From an uncultured archaeon (GTDB lineage Archaea > Altiarchaeota > Altiarchaeia > JAFGQM01), in assembly GCA_964592405.1 (NCBI GenBank), contig CAZQBY010000003.1, positions 92,836-108,326 on the forward strand: a stretch of DNA of 15,491 bases, in the 5' to 3' direction. Below, piece by piece: positions 8,751 through 15,491 of the stretch (the first letter of the stretch is position 1; each line of letters begins with the position of its first letter). The translations under genes were made by a program, and so were the position numbers. The notes below the pieces were generated by a model. That model was not told where the DNA came from and did not search any database. It was given only the letters and a program-made list of their open reading frames with translations.

Positions 8751-9676
8751 GATTTACAAATCCGGAATACTTATGGTTTGTGCTCAGTGTGCCTGTGCTT
8801 GTGATTGTACACATAATAAGCCTTCGCTATCTCAAGCGACGGGCCTTGCTCTTCGCCAACTTCAAGGCAGTCGCCAGAGTCCTTGGCTCCAGCCGGGATC
8901 TCTCCAAGAACACCCTACCCTTTCTCCTAAAAACAATTGCCCTTACACTCCTCACACTGGCAGTTTCCGGCATAGTGGTGCAGGAAGAGGTTTTGAGAAC
9001 AGACTTTGATTTCATGATAGCCCTAGATGCTTCCTCCAGCATGCTTATAGATGACTATCAGCCCAGCCGCCTTGAAGCAGCCAAGGAGGCAAGTCTGCGA
9101 TTTATAGACTCACTGGCTAACACAAAAACGAGGGTTGGTGTCATGGAGTTTGGAAGTGTTGCCCTTACTGTCATATCACCGACTGATGATCTTGCAAGAG
9201 TGCGACAGGCTATAACAAATATCAGGCCGCAGACAGGAGGAACTGCCATAGGGGATGCGCTGGTGGCCTCCATCAACCAGCTTCTGCCATCCGAGCAGGC
9301 CAAGGCTGTAATCCTGCTTACGGACGGGCAAAGCAATGTCGGAACATCCCCTCTGGAAGCCCTTAAGCTGGCTGTTGAGGAGAATGTAGTGATATATGCC
9401 ATAGGAGTTGGGGCACCGGAGGGTGCAAGCTTTGAAAACCTGACACTCATCAGTAGGTTAGATGAAGAGACACTAAAAACGCTTGCAGATGGGACTGGTG
9501 GTAGATATTTCAGGGTGGATTCAGAAGATGAGCTCTATCAGACGTTCAACCAACTGGCAACCAAATCCACCGCGCTGGAAACTATAGTCCTTGCTCCTTA
9601 CCTCCTCCTAGCCGGTCTGGTTACGCTTATAGTAGAGTGGGTTATAATAAATATCAGATACAGGACAATACCCTAA
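8741..9676 (+). CDS. BatA-like membrane-anchored von Willebrand factor A (vWA) domain protein
   Basis: N-terminal F.NP..LW plus two hydrophobic segments, MIDAS motif ALDASSSM, PSRLEAAKEA, GGTAIGDA, ILLTDGQSN, LADGTGGRYF and a C-terminal TM. It overlaps the DUF58 gene by 10 nt. Confidence 0.93.
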   Translation: MEIGFTNPEYLWFVLSVPVLVIVHIISLRYLKRRALLFANFKAVARVLGSSRDLSKNTLPFLLKTIALTLLTLAVSGIVVQEEVLRTDFDFMIALDASSSMLIDDYQPSRLEAAKEASLRFIDSLANTKTRVGVMEFGSVALTVISPTDDLARVRQAITNIRPQTGGTAIGDALVASINQLLPSEQAKAVILLTDGQSNVGTSPLEALKLAVEENVVIYAIGVGAPEGASFENLTLISRLDEETLKTLADGTGGRYFRVDSEDELYQTFNQLATKSTALETIVLAPYLLLAGLVTLIVEWVIINIRYRTIP

Positions 9677-9737
9677 AGTAACCCAAAGGATAAAATATAA
9701 AGGATAATTGGCAGGGTTCCTACAACTTCCACAACCA

Positions 9738-10892
9738 CTATTTTGACATTATGTGGATAATGGAGGTGGCCCCACTCCCGCCCACATTATGGGCCAGGGC
9801 CCTATCACAGGCAACCTGTCTCTTGCCGGCCTCACCACGCAACTGCCATGTGAGTTCCACTGCCTGCTTTATGCCGGTTGCCCCCACTGGATGGCCACAG
9901 GCCTTTAGCCCTCCGGAGGTATTGACAGACACCTTCCCGCCCCTTTTGGTCAGACCATCTTCGGTTGCTTTCCCACCCTCACCCTTCTTGAAGAAACCAA
10001 TGTCCTCTATAGCCAATATTTCAGCTATTGTAAAACAATCATGTACTTCCGCAATGTCTATATCCCTCGGCTTCAGTCCGGCCTTCTTAAAGGCCTGTTC
10101 GGCCGCAAACCGCGTGGCCTTTAGCTGCGTCAGCGAAGCCCTGTCATGCAGGGAAAGGGCATCAGAAGCCTGTGCAGTTGAAAGTATCCTGATAGGTGTA
10201 TCCGTATATTTCTTGGCGATGTTGTCGCGCGTGAGTATAACGGCTGCAGCCCCATCGGTTACAGGCGAACAGTCAAGGAGTTTTAGGGGTTCGGCAATGG
10301 GTGCAGAATTTAAGACCTGCTCCAGAGTAACACGATATTGATACTGTGCATATGGATTCAGGGCCCCATTCTCGTGGTTCTTGACAGCCACGGCGGCCAT
10401 CTGCTCCTCGGTGGTGCCGTATTCATACATATGGCGTCTTGCTATGAGGGCATATAATGCCGGAAATGTGGCGCCAAAATTGCCTTCCCACTCAAAATCG
10501 GCCGCCCCCCCAAGGGTCGTTGCCACCTGAGAGACCGCCACATCAGACATTTTCTCTACTCCTCCGGCTATGACTATATCATGTTCGCCGGCACGTATGC
10601 TCAGTATTGCCTCACGAAGTGCTAGGCTCCCGGAAGCACATGCAGCCTCTACACGCGTAGCAGGGATAGGATTCAGTCCGCTTTGATCAGCTATAAGCGC
10701 GCCTATATGTTCCTGGCCTGTCAGCCGGCCGGCACTCATGCATCCGCCGTAGATGGCATCTATCTCCGGACCATCCACACCGGCATCCAAAATAGCCCGG
10801 ATTCCTGCTTCCGCCATAAGGTCCCTTAGCCCCTTGTCCCAGTGCTCCCCAAACTTCGTCATGCCAACACCAATGATTGAGACTCCTGTCAT
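9738..10892 (-). CDS. Archaeal acetoacetyl-CoA thiolase (acetyl-CoA C-acetyltransferase), mevalonate pathway
   Basis: VEAACASG (catalytic Cys), GGVEKM, AEVHDCF, GHPVGATG, HNVGGSG. ATG at 10892 is 2 nt after the HMG-CoA synthase stop (TGAGGATG). Confidence 0.95.
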   Translation of the reverse strand: MTGVSIIGVGMTKFGEHWDKGLRDLMAEAGIRAILDAGVDGPEIDAIYGGCMSAGRLTGQEHIGALIADQSGLNPIPATRVEAACASGSLALREAILSIRAGEHDIVIAGGVEKMSDVAVSQVATTLGGAADFEWEGNFGATFPALYALIARRHMYEYGTTEEQMAAVAVKNHENGALNPYAQYQYRVTLEQVLNSAPIAEPLKLLDCSPVTDGAAAVILTRDNIAKKYTDTPIRILSTAQASDALSLHDRASLTQLKATRFAAEQAFKKAGLKPRDIDIAEVHDCFTIAEILAIEDIGFFKKGEGGKATEDGLTKRGGKVSVNTSGGLKACGHPVGATGIKQAVELTWQLRGEAGKRQVACDRALAHNVGGSGATSIIHIMSK

Positions 10893-10894
10893 CC

Positions 10895-11935
10895 TCAAAT
10901 TCCCTTTATCTTCCTTCTGAACTTGGCATAAACACCGTAGGTTATATACTCTTTATTGTCCATATATCTCTTTATCGGAACAGATCTCCTTCTGGCCTTG
11001 GTTATATTTTTTGTTACAGTTATATCAAAGGCATCACTTCCAGAGCCGCTACCGTATGAGACCATGAGTATCCTCTCCCCCGGCTTTGCCCGGTCGAGAA
11101 CGGAAACCAGTCCCAAGGGGCTCGAACCGGAATAGGTATTGCCTATCTGTGTAACTACCAAACCCGGCAGGAGCTTCTCTTTTGGAATGTCCAGTTTTTT
11201 TGCCAGCCTGAGCGGGAACTTCCCGTTTGGCTGATGGGGGACAAAATAATCGTAGTCAGAAAGCTCGGTGCCTGCCTCCTCCATGAGTTTGACGGCCGCA
11301 CCGATGCTGTGCCTGAAGTAGGCCGGCTCTCCTGTAAACCTGCCGGCATGGCGCGGAAACTCCTCGCCCTCTCTGCGCCAGAAGTCGGGGGTATCAGTTG
11401 TAAAGGTGCATGTATGGTTGATATTGGCCACGTTGCCCTTTTCCCCTATGATGAACGCCGCTCCTCCGGCAGCTGCAGTGTACTCCAAGGCATCATTGGG
11501 CCGGCCCTGTGCAGTATCGGCACCGATGGCCATGCCATATTCCACCATGCCGCTTTTGACCAGTCCCATACATATCTGCATTCCGGCAGTTCCGGCCTTA
11601 CAGGCAAACTCCAGATCCGCTGCCATAACAGATGGTGTCACACCAAGAGTCTCTGCAACTATGGCCGCACTCGACTTGACTGCATATGGATGCGACTCAG
11701 AACCTACATAAACAGCCCCTATTTTTTCGGCATCTATAGCCGCCATTCTGAGTGCATTTCTGGCAGCTTCTACCGATATTGTAACCGTATCCTCGTCTAT
11801 AGCAGGGACTGACTTCTCCCTGACCAACAGGCTATCACCTATCCGCTTTCCATCCTCATTCCAGACGGAGGCGATCTCCTTGGTTGTTATTCTGTATCGG
11901 GGGATATACCCTCCATAACCAACTATCCCTATCAT
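10895..11935 (-). CDS. Archaeal hydroxymethylglutaryl-CoA synthase
   Basis: GIVGYGGYIPRYRI, DEDTVT, GSESHPYAVK, EFACKAGT (catalytic Cys), HQPNGKFP, IGNTYSG, SYGSGSGSD. ATG at 11935 is chosen; the ORF is open to 11944. Confidence 0.96.
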   Translation of the reverse strand: MIGIVGYGGYIPRYRITTKEIASVWNEDGKRIGDSLLVREKSVPAIDEDTVTISVEAARNALRMAAIDAEKIGAVYVGSESHPYAVKSSAAIVAETLGVTPSVMAADLEFACKAGTAGMQICMGLVKSGMVEYGMAIGADTAQGRPNDALEYTAAAGGAAFIIGEKGNVANINHTCTFTTDTPDFWRREGEEFPRHAGRFTGEPAYFRHSIGAAVKLMEEAGTELSDYDYFVPHQPNGKFPLRLAKKLDIPKEKLLPGLVVTQIGNTYSGSSPLGLVSVLDRAKPGERILMVSYGSGSGSDAFDITVTKNITKARRRSVPIKRYMDNKEYITYGVYAKFRRKIKGI

Positions 11936-11954
11936 CCTGAACACATCCTGAACA
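11933..11954. repeat. 11-bp tandem duplication (CATCCTGAACA x2) spanning the HMG-CoA synthase start codon
   Basis: Perfect copies at 11933-11943 and 11944-11954. On the minus strand this duplicates TGTTCAGGATG, and the upstream ATG is out of frame. Confidence 0.85.
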
Positions 11955-12112
11955 CGGACAAGCCGTGAATTTGTTTAGTTAGCAAAATTCTCTTAAAAAA
12001 GGAACCTGCACATCCTGCAAATCTGCCCTGACTCCAGGCTCCGGTCCCGCGGAAACGCTACCTTTGCCCGTCACTTAGGACTATTACATGCCTAAAGGCT
12101 TAAAAATGGCCC

Positions 12113-12145
12113 AAAAGCTTTTTATCCATTAAGTAAGAAAATAAG
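12113..12145 (+). promoter_or_regulatory. Putative BRE/TATA promoter and TAAG-repeat operator upstream of the AbrB-family gene
   Basis: AAAAG followed by CTTTTTAT ~40 nt before ATG 12165, then TAAGTAAGAAAATAAG between the TATA and the expected start site. The operator role is inferred from AbrB-type autoregulation. Confidence 0.4.
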
Positions 12146-12164
12146 ACGATTTTCTGATTTTGAG

Positions 12165-12398
12165 ATGGACAAGGAACTGACGACGCTTTCTTCAAAAGGG
12201 CAGCTGGTTATACCCAAGTCCTTCCGCCAGAAGCTTAAGCTCAGGACAGGAGACTTTCTGGGAATGATACTGGTAGATGACATCATCGCCATGAAAAAAA
12301 TTGAGGTTCCGGCGGAGAAAATAGAGAAAAAACTCAGCCAGGCACAGCGGGAAAGGGAATTTACATTTGAGGAGTTGCTTTACCCAAAGAAAAAATGA
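12165..12398 (+). CDS. AbrB/MazE/SpoVT-family DNA-binding protein
   Basis: TTLSSKGQLVIPKSFRQKLKLRTGD is the swapped-hairpin S.KGQ..IP...R..L....GD signature. 77 aa with a charged C-terminal tail. Confidence 0.92.
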   Translation: MDKELTTLSSKGQLVIPKSFRQKLKLRTGDFLGMILVDDIIAMKKIEVPAEKIEKKLSQAQREREFTFEELLYPKKK

Positions 12399-12997
12399 GA
12401 AGGCCACAAACCAAAGCCGTCCCCAAACACAGAAGCGGTGCCGATCCTCGACATTTTACCATAAGAGAGGCTGAGAAGTGGACCTACATGGACAGGAGCC
12501 CACATGGATGGAAGGCTGTTAATAACAGGATAGTGCCATATCCATCACCAAAACCACACATGATTCTATACGACAAGACAGGAACTCCCAGATTTGTCCT
12601 CAGGTATGAAATGGAGGAGAGGGGGCCCATTAGAATACAGAGCATCCAGAGGGAGAGGACCCAGTATGAGGGAGAGCCACCAGACCATAAGTGGTCTGCA
12701 GAAAAAGAAACCGCAAAAAGCAAGGAGTTTCAAAAACATCTTGGAGGCGTACACCCGGCAGAGTTCCTGCTATCAGAATTTCTTACCAGACACAGAGATG
12801 AGATAGTCAGGCGAATGAAAGATGGCAACCCTGGAGTAGTCCTCTCTCTAAGAGAGAGTTCACTGCATTTTAAAGACCTATACGGCCCTTTGATAGACCG
12901 GTTTTTTGGAGGAAGACCTATAAGGAAAGAAAGGGACTTACGTGAGTATGAATTGAGCCCCAGAAAAAAACGGGTAAAAGAGATTTTGGGTATTTAA
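12395..12997 (+). CDS. Hypothetical basic cytoplasmic protein (200 aa), translationally coupled to the AbrB gene
   Basis: ATGA overlap with the AbrB stop. It fills the gap to PINA, has a purine-rich coding strand, and shows no signal peptide or TM. No family was confidently recognised. Confidence 0.75.
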   Translation: MRRPQTKAVPKHRSGADPRHFTIREAEKWTYMDRSPHGWKAVNNRIVPYPSPKPHMILYDKTGTPRFVLRYEMEERGPIRIQSIQRERTQYEGEPPDHKWSAEKETAKSKEFQKHLGGVHPAEFLLSEFLTRHRDEIVRRMKDGNPGVVLSLRESSLHFKDLYGPLIDRFFGGRPIRKERDLREYELSPRKKRVKEILGI

Positions 12998-13027
12998 CAG
13001 GGGGAATTCAAAATAAAGAAGGAAGAA

Positions 13028-14821
13028 ATGAAACCAAAAAGGATACTGGCCGACACCTCCGTCATAATCGATGGCAGGGTATCGGAGAATTATACGGACG
13101 GCAAGACGGAAGTGCTTATACCCAAGGTGGTCATACAGGAACTTGAACATCAAGCCAATGTGGGTAAGAGTGTCGGTGATGAGGGACTCGCTGAACTGGC
13201 TAAGTTGCAGGAGCTTCACAAAAGTAAGAAAATCTTACTCAAATTCGTGGGCGAGACTGTTGGGGAGAAAGAGATTAAACATGCCTATACGGGGCGGATT
13301 GATGAAATAGTTCGTGAGCTGGCAGTGAAACATGGAGCAACACTGGTAACATCTGACAAGACTCAGGCCAGTGTGGCAAAAATCTATGGCATACCCTGCA
13401 TATACTATGAGCCGATTATACCTGCAAAGAAAGAGAAACTTATGCTGGAGCAATATTTTGATAACCGCACAATGTCCGTGCATCTTAAGGAGGGTGTTGA
13501 GCCATATGCAAAGAAGGGAAAGCCGGGCGAGTGGAACATGGTCCGGATCAGCAATAGACCAATGAAGAGGGAGGAAATCGAGGCCATAATCGAAGAGGTG
13601 ATAGAAGAGTCCCGGAGGAAGCGGGGACTCATTGAGATAGATAGAAGAGGCTGTACTGTTGTTCAGCTGGGACCCCACCGGATTGTTATAAGCAGATTTC
13701 CGTTCTCAGAAGCAACTGAGATAACTGCGGTAAGACCGATAAAAAGCCTGAAACTTGAGGATTACAAGATGTCAGAAAAACTCAAAAAGCGTCTGGAAAA
13801 GAAGGCAGAAGGCATTCTTATTGTGGGACCGCCGGGAGCAGGAAAGTCAACATTTGCGCAGGCACTTGCAGAGTTTTATGCTTCCTTGGGAAAGACAGTC
13901 AAAACAATGGAGCATCCCCGTGATCTGCAGGTATCCAAGGAGATAACGCAGTATGGTCCGTTGGATGGTTCAATGAAGAATACAGGAAACATACTGCTCC
14001 TAGTCAGACCGGACTACACCATATATGACGAGGTAAGAAAAGGTCCGGATTTTGTCATATTTGAGGATTTGAGACTCGCAGGTGTGGGGATGGTCGGTGT
14101 GGCACATGCTGCAGCCCCTATAGACGCCATACAGAGATTCATTGGCAGGGTGGAGCTGGGCGTCATACCACAGGTGGTAGACACACTGATATTCATAAGG
14201 GGGGGAAAGATCGCCGCAGTCTATACCCTGAATATGAATGTCAAGGTTCCCACAGGCATGACAGAACAGGATCTCGCACGCCCTGTGGTTGAAGTCAGGA
14301 ACTTCGATACCGGCGATCTTGAGTATGAGATATATACCTATGGCGAGGAGGTGGTGGTCATACCTGTCAGGGAGGTAGCCGCCAAACAGGCCAAGGAATT
14401 CAACCGCATAAGTGAGGATTTATACGAGCGGATAAGGAGATATGCTCCCGAAGCAGAAATCGAAAATTTTGGAAAGAGCGTTAATGTCTTTGTCCCTCCC
14501 CGGCAGATGAAAAAGCTCATCGGCAGAGGTGGACAGATAGTCGGCGGGATAGAACGGGAGTTTGGCGTCAGCATAAATGTCATGCCATTGAGCGGCGGGC
14601 AGGGCATCGTTGCACGAGGTCTGGGAAAGAACATCACGCTCGATGTGGGCAGACAAAATGCCGGGCAGTATGTGAAGATCTACTGTGGTGATGATTATAT
14701 ATTAACCGCAGTGGTTAACAAGCGCGGGGAGATAACAGTCAAGCGCAGGACCAAGAATGGCAGGAAGCTGGCAGCTGCACTGGACTCCGGAAAGAAGTTG
14801 AGGTATGAGCCCGTGATTTAG
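13028..14821 (+). CDS. pina: PINA: PIN-domain/PilT-type ATPase with C-terminal KH domain (archaeal Holliday-junction branch migration ATPase family)
   Basis: PIN motifs LADTSVIIDG and ELEHQAN.G; TMSVHLKEG; Walker A GPPGAGKSTFAQALA; LLLVRPDYTIYDEVR; DLRLAGVGMVGVAHA; IQRFIGRVELGVIPQVVDT; KH GxxG motif LIGRGG. Confidence 0.94.
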   Translation: MKPKRILADTSVIIDGRVSENYTDGKTEVLIPKVVIQELEHQANVGKSVGDEGLAELAKLQELHKSKKILLKFVGETVGEKEIKHAYTGRIDEIVRELAVKHGATLVTSDKTQASVAKIYGIPCIYYEPIIPAKKEKLMLEQYFDNRTMSVHLKEGVEPYAKKGKPGEWNMVRISNRPMKREEIEAIIEEVIEESRRKRGLIEIDRRGCTVVQLGPHRIVISRFPFSEATEITAVRPIKSLKLEDYKMSEKLKKRLEKKAEGILIVGPPGAGKSTFAQALAEFYASLGKTVKTMEHPRDLQVSKEITQYGPLDGSMKNTGNILLLVRPDYTIYDEVRKGPDFVIFEDLRLAGVGMVGVAHAAAPIDAIQRFIGRVELGVIPQVVDTLIFIRGGKIAAVYTLNMNVKVPTGMTEQDLARPVVEVRNFDTGDLEYEIYTYGEEVVVIPVREVAAKQAKEFNRISEDLYERIRRYAPEAEIENFGKSVNVFVPPRQMKKLIGRGGQIVGGIEREFGVSINVMPLSGGQGIVARGLGKNITLDVGRQNAGQYVKIYCGDDYILTAVVNKRGEITVKRRTKNGRKLAAALDSGKKLRYEPVI

Positions 14822-14830
14822 TCGGGATTT

Positions 14831-15082
14831 TTATATGAGGGTAACACCGGTAACTTCTACACTCTGCACACCCTCCATGGCGCGTATTTTTTCCTCAAGT
14901 TTGTCAGTCCCACCTTCCGAATCCGGTCTGATGAACTGCACCTCCAAGCAATTCAGGCCAAAGGCTACAGGCTTTTTTGCGATGGTATGGGGCTCCAGCT
15001 CCTCAATCTTGGCCTGAAGCCTGTCAAGATCCACATCAGGACCTGTGGGCATTACCCTTATGACTGAAAGTACATCACCCAT
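14831..15082 (-). CDS. ef1b: Archaeal translation elongation factor 1-beta (aEF-1beta)
   Basis: MGDVLSVIRVMPTGPDVDL, PVAFGL, DSEGGTDKLEEKI...GVQSVEV. The true start is ATG 15082; the ORF-track extension to 15124 overlaps the upstream Zn-ribbon gene. Confidence 0.95.
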   Translation of the reverse strand: MGDVLSVIRVMPTGPDVDLDRLQAKIEELEPHTIAKKPVAFGLNCLEVQFIRPDSEGGTDKLEEKIRAMEGVQSVEVTGVTLI

Positions 15083-15083
15083 C

Positions 15084-15239
15084 TTAGGGACCCTCAAACC
15101 CGCACTTGGGGCAGGTATATGCATTGTTTAGAGACCTGCAGTGTTTGCATCTGGTTATCGTCTCCCCACAGCTGGGGCAGGGAAACTCCACAATAACTGC
15201 AGATTTTGCGCCGCAGGTCATGCAGGTTTTCTCAACCAT
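15084..15239 (-). CDS. Small Zn-ribbon protein (DUF1610/COG2888 family), 51 aa; absent from the ORF track
   Basis: Manual translation: MVEKTCMTCGAKSAVIVEFPCPSCGETITRCKHCRSLNNAYTCPKCGFEGP*. It has four CxxC motifs and the C-terminal Y.CP.CGFEGP signature. The stop is 1 nt before the aEF-1beta ATG, the conserved archaeal arrangement. Confidence 0.93.
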   Translation of the reverse strand: MVEKTCMTCGAKSAVIVEFPCPSCGETITRCKHCRSLNNAYTCPKCGFEGP

Positions 15240-15263
15240 TTTAGCGTCTTGTTTTATTTTTGT

Positions 15264-15271
15264 TTTATAAA
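15264..15271. promoter_or_regulatory. Palindromic TATA box (TTTATAAA), likely promoter for the Zn-ribbon/aEF-1beta operon
   Basis: It lies ~25 nt upstream of ATG 15239 on the minus strand, which fits a leaderless mRNA. Confidence 0.55.
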
Positions 15272-15300
15272 AATCAATTAAGGTTCCGGGGCTGGAGGCC

Positions 15301-15491
15301 CAGAACGGTTTGCCCGAGTAGGGTAGTCAGCGACCTTTTCTCCAAGAAAAGGTCGATCAAAAGAGGTTTTGGCGCGGATGCCAGACTTATATGCGCCAAA
15401 AATCAAAACAAGGGTTCTCGAAACTGAAGACTCAGGACGGTTTGCCCGAGTAGGGTAGTCAGCGACCTTTTCTCCAAGAAAAGGTCGATCA
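15301..15491. repeat. Direct repeat with 132-bp period: two 59-nt copies (15301-15359 and 15433-15491, 1 mismatch), each with an 11-bp perfect hairpin; the second copy reaches the window edge
   Basis: CAG[A/G]ACGGTTTGCCCGAGTAGGGTAGTCAGCGACCTTTTCTCCAAGAAAAGGTCGATCA occurs twice. The hairpin is CGACCTTTTCT-CCA-AGAAAAGGTCG (15331-15355 and 15463-15487). Degenerate similarity extends ~30 nt further upstream of each copy. Confidence 0.92.

Noticed and set aside
9751-11812. Long antisense ORFs (196 aa, 192 aa, 101 aa) opposite thiolase and HMG-CoA synthase
   Set aside because: These are shadow ORFs of well-conserved genes with no protein-like motifs. The same applies to the other short ORFs nested in the large genes.
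12030-12100. GC-rich patch with a GCG-GAAA-CGC mini-hairpin in the divergent intergenic region as an ncRNA
   Set aside because: The stems are only 3-5 bp, with no tRNA, SRP or C/D-box features. The evidence is insufficient.
13028-13400. PINA PIN domain as a stand-alone VapC toxin
   Set aside because: It is fused in-frame to the ATPase and KH domains in the standard PINA architecture.
15083-15124. ORF-track N-terminal extension of aEF-1beta
   Set aside because: It overlaps the Zn-ribbon gene in another frame. The family N-terminus begins at MGDV (15082).
15301-15491. CRISPR array or tRNA gene
   Set aside because: A 59-nt repeat with a 73-nt intervening segment is outside CRISPR ranges, part of that segment is homologous to the sequence before copy 1, and no cas genes are in view. 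TGCCCGAGT resembles a tRNA D-arm start, but no anticodon arm, T-arm or acceptor stem follows.

Overview
Archaeal genomic window. The archaeal-type HMG-CoA synthase/thiolase, PINA, aEF-1beta with its Zn-ribbon neighbour and TATA-type promoters support this; the compact layout would fit a DPANN-like lineage, but taxonomy cannot be fixed from this window. From left to right: (1) a ~2000-aa membrane-anchored, sequon-rich surface protein with a beta-helix, 12 Cys-paired Trp-rich Ig-like repeats and a GLUG-type domain inserted inside repeat 5; (2) a small reverse-strand DUF4129/BatD-C-like gene; (3) a MoxR ATPase-DUF58-vWA operon; (4) a reverse-strand HMG-CoA synthase-thiolase pair without the usual DUF35 scaffold gene; (5) an AbrB-family regulator coupled to a 200-aa orphan, then the PINA ATPase; (6) a 51-aa Zn-ribbon gene missed by the ORF track, then aEF-1beta; (7) a hairpin-rich direct repeat with a 132-bp period running off the right edge. 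Most intergenic gaps contain short tandem duplications. The best novelty candidates are the terminal structured repeat, the AbrB-orphan pair, and the surface protein with its adjacent MoxR/vWA module. All family calls come from motif recognition, not database searches.
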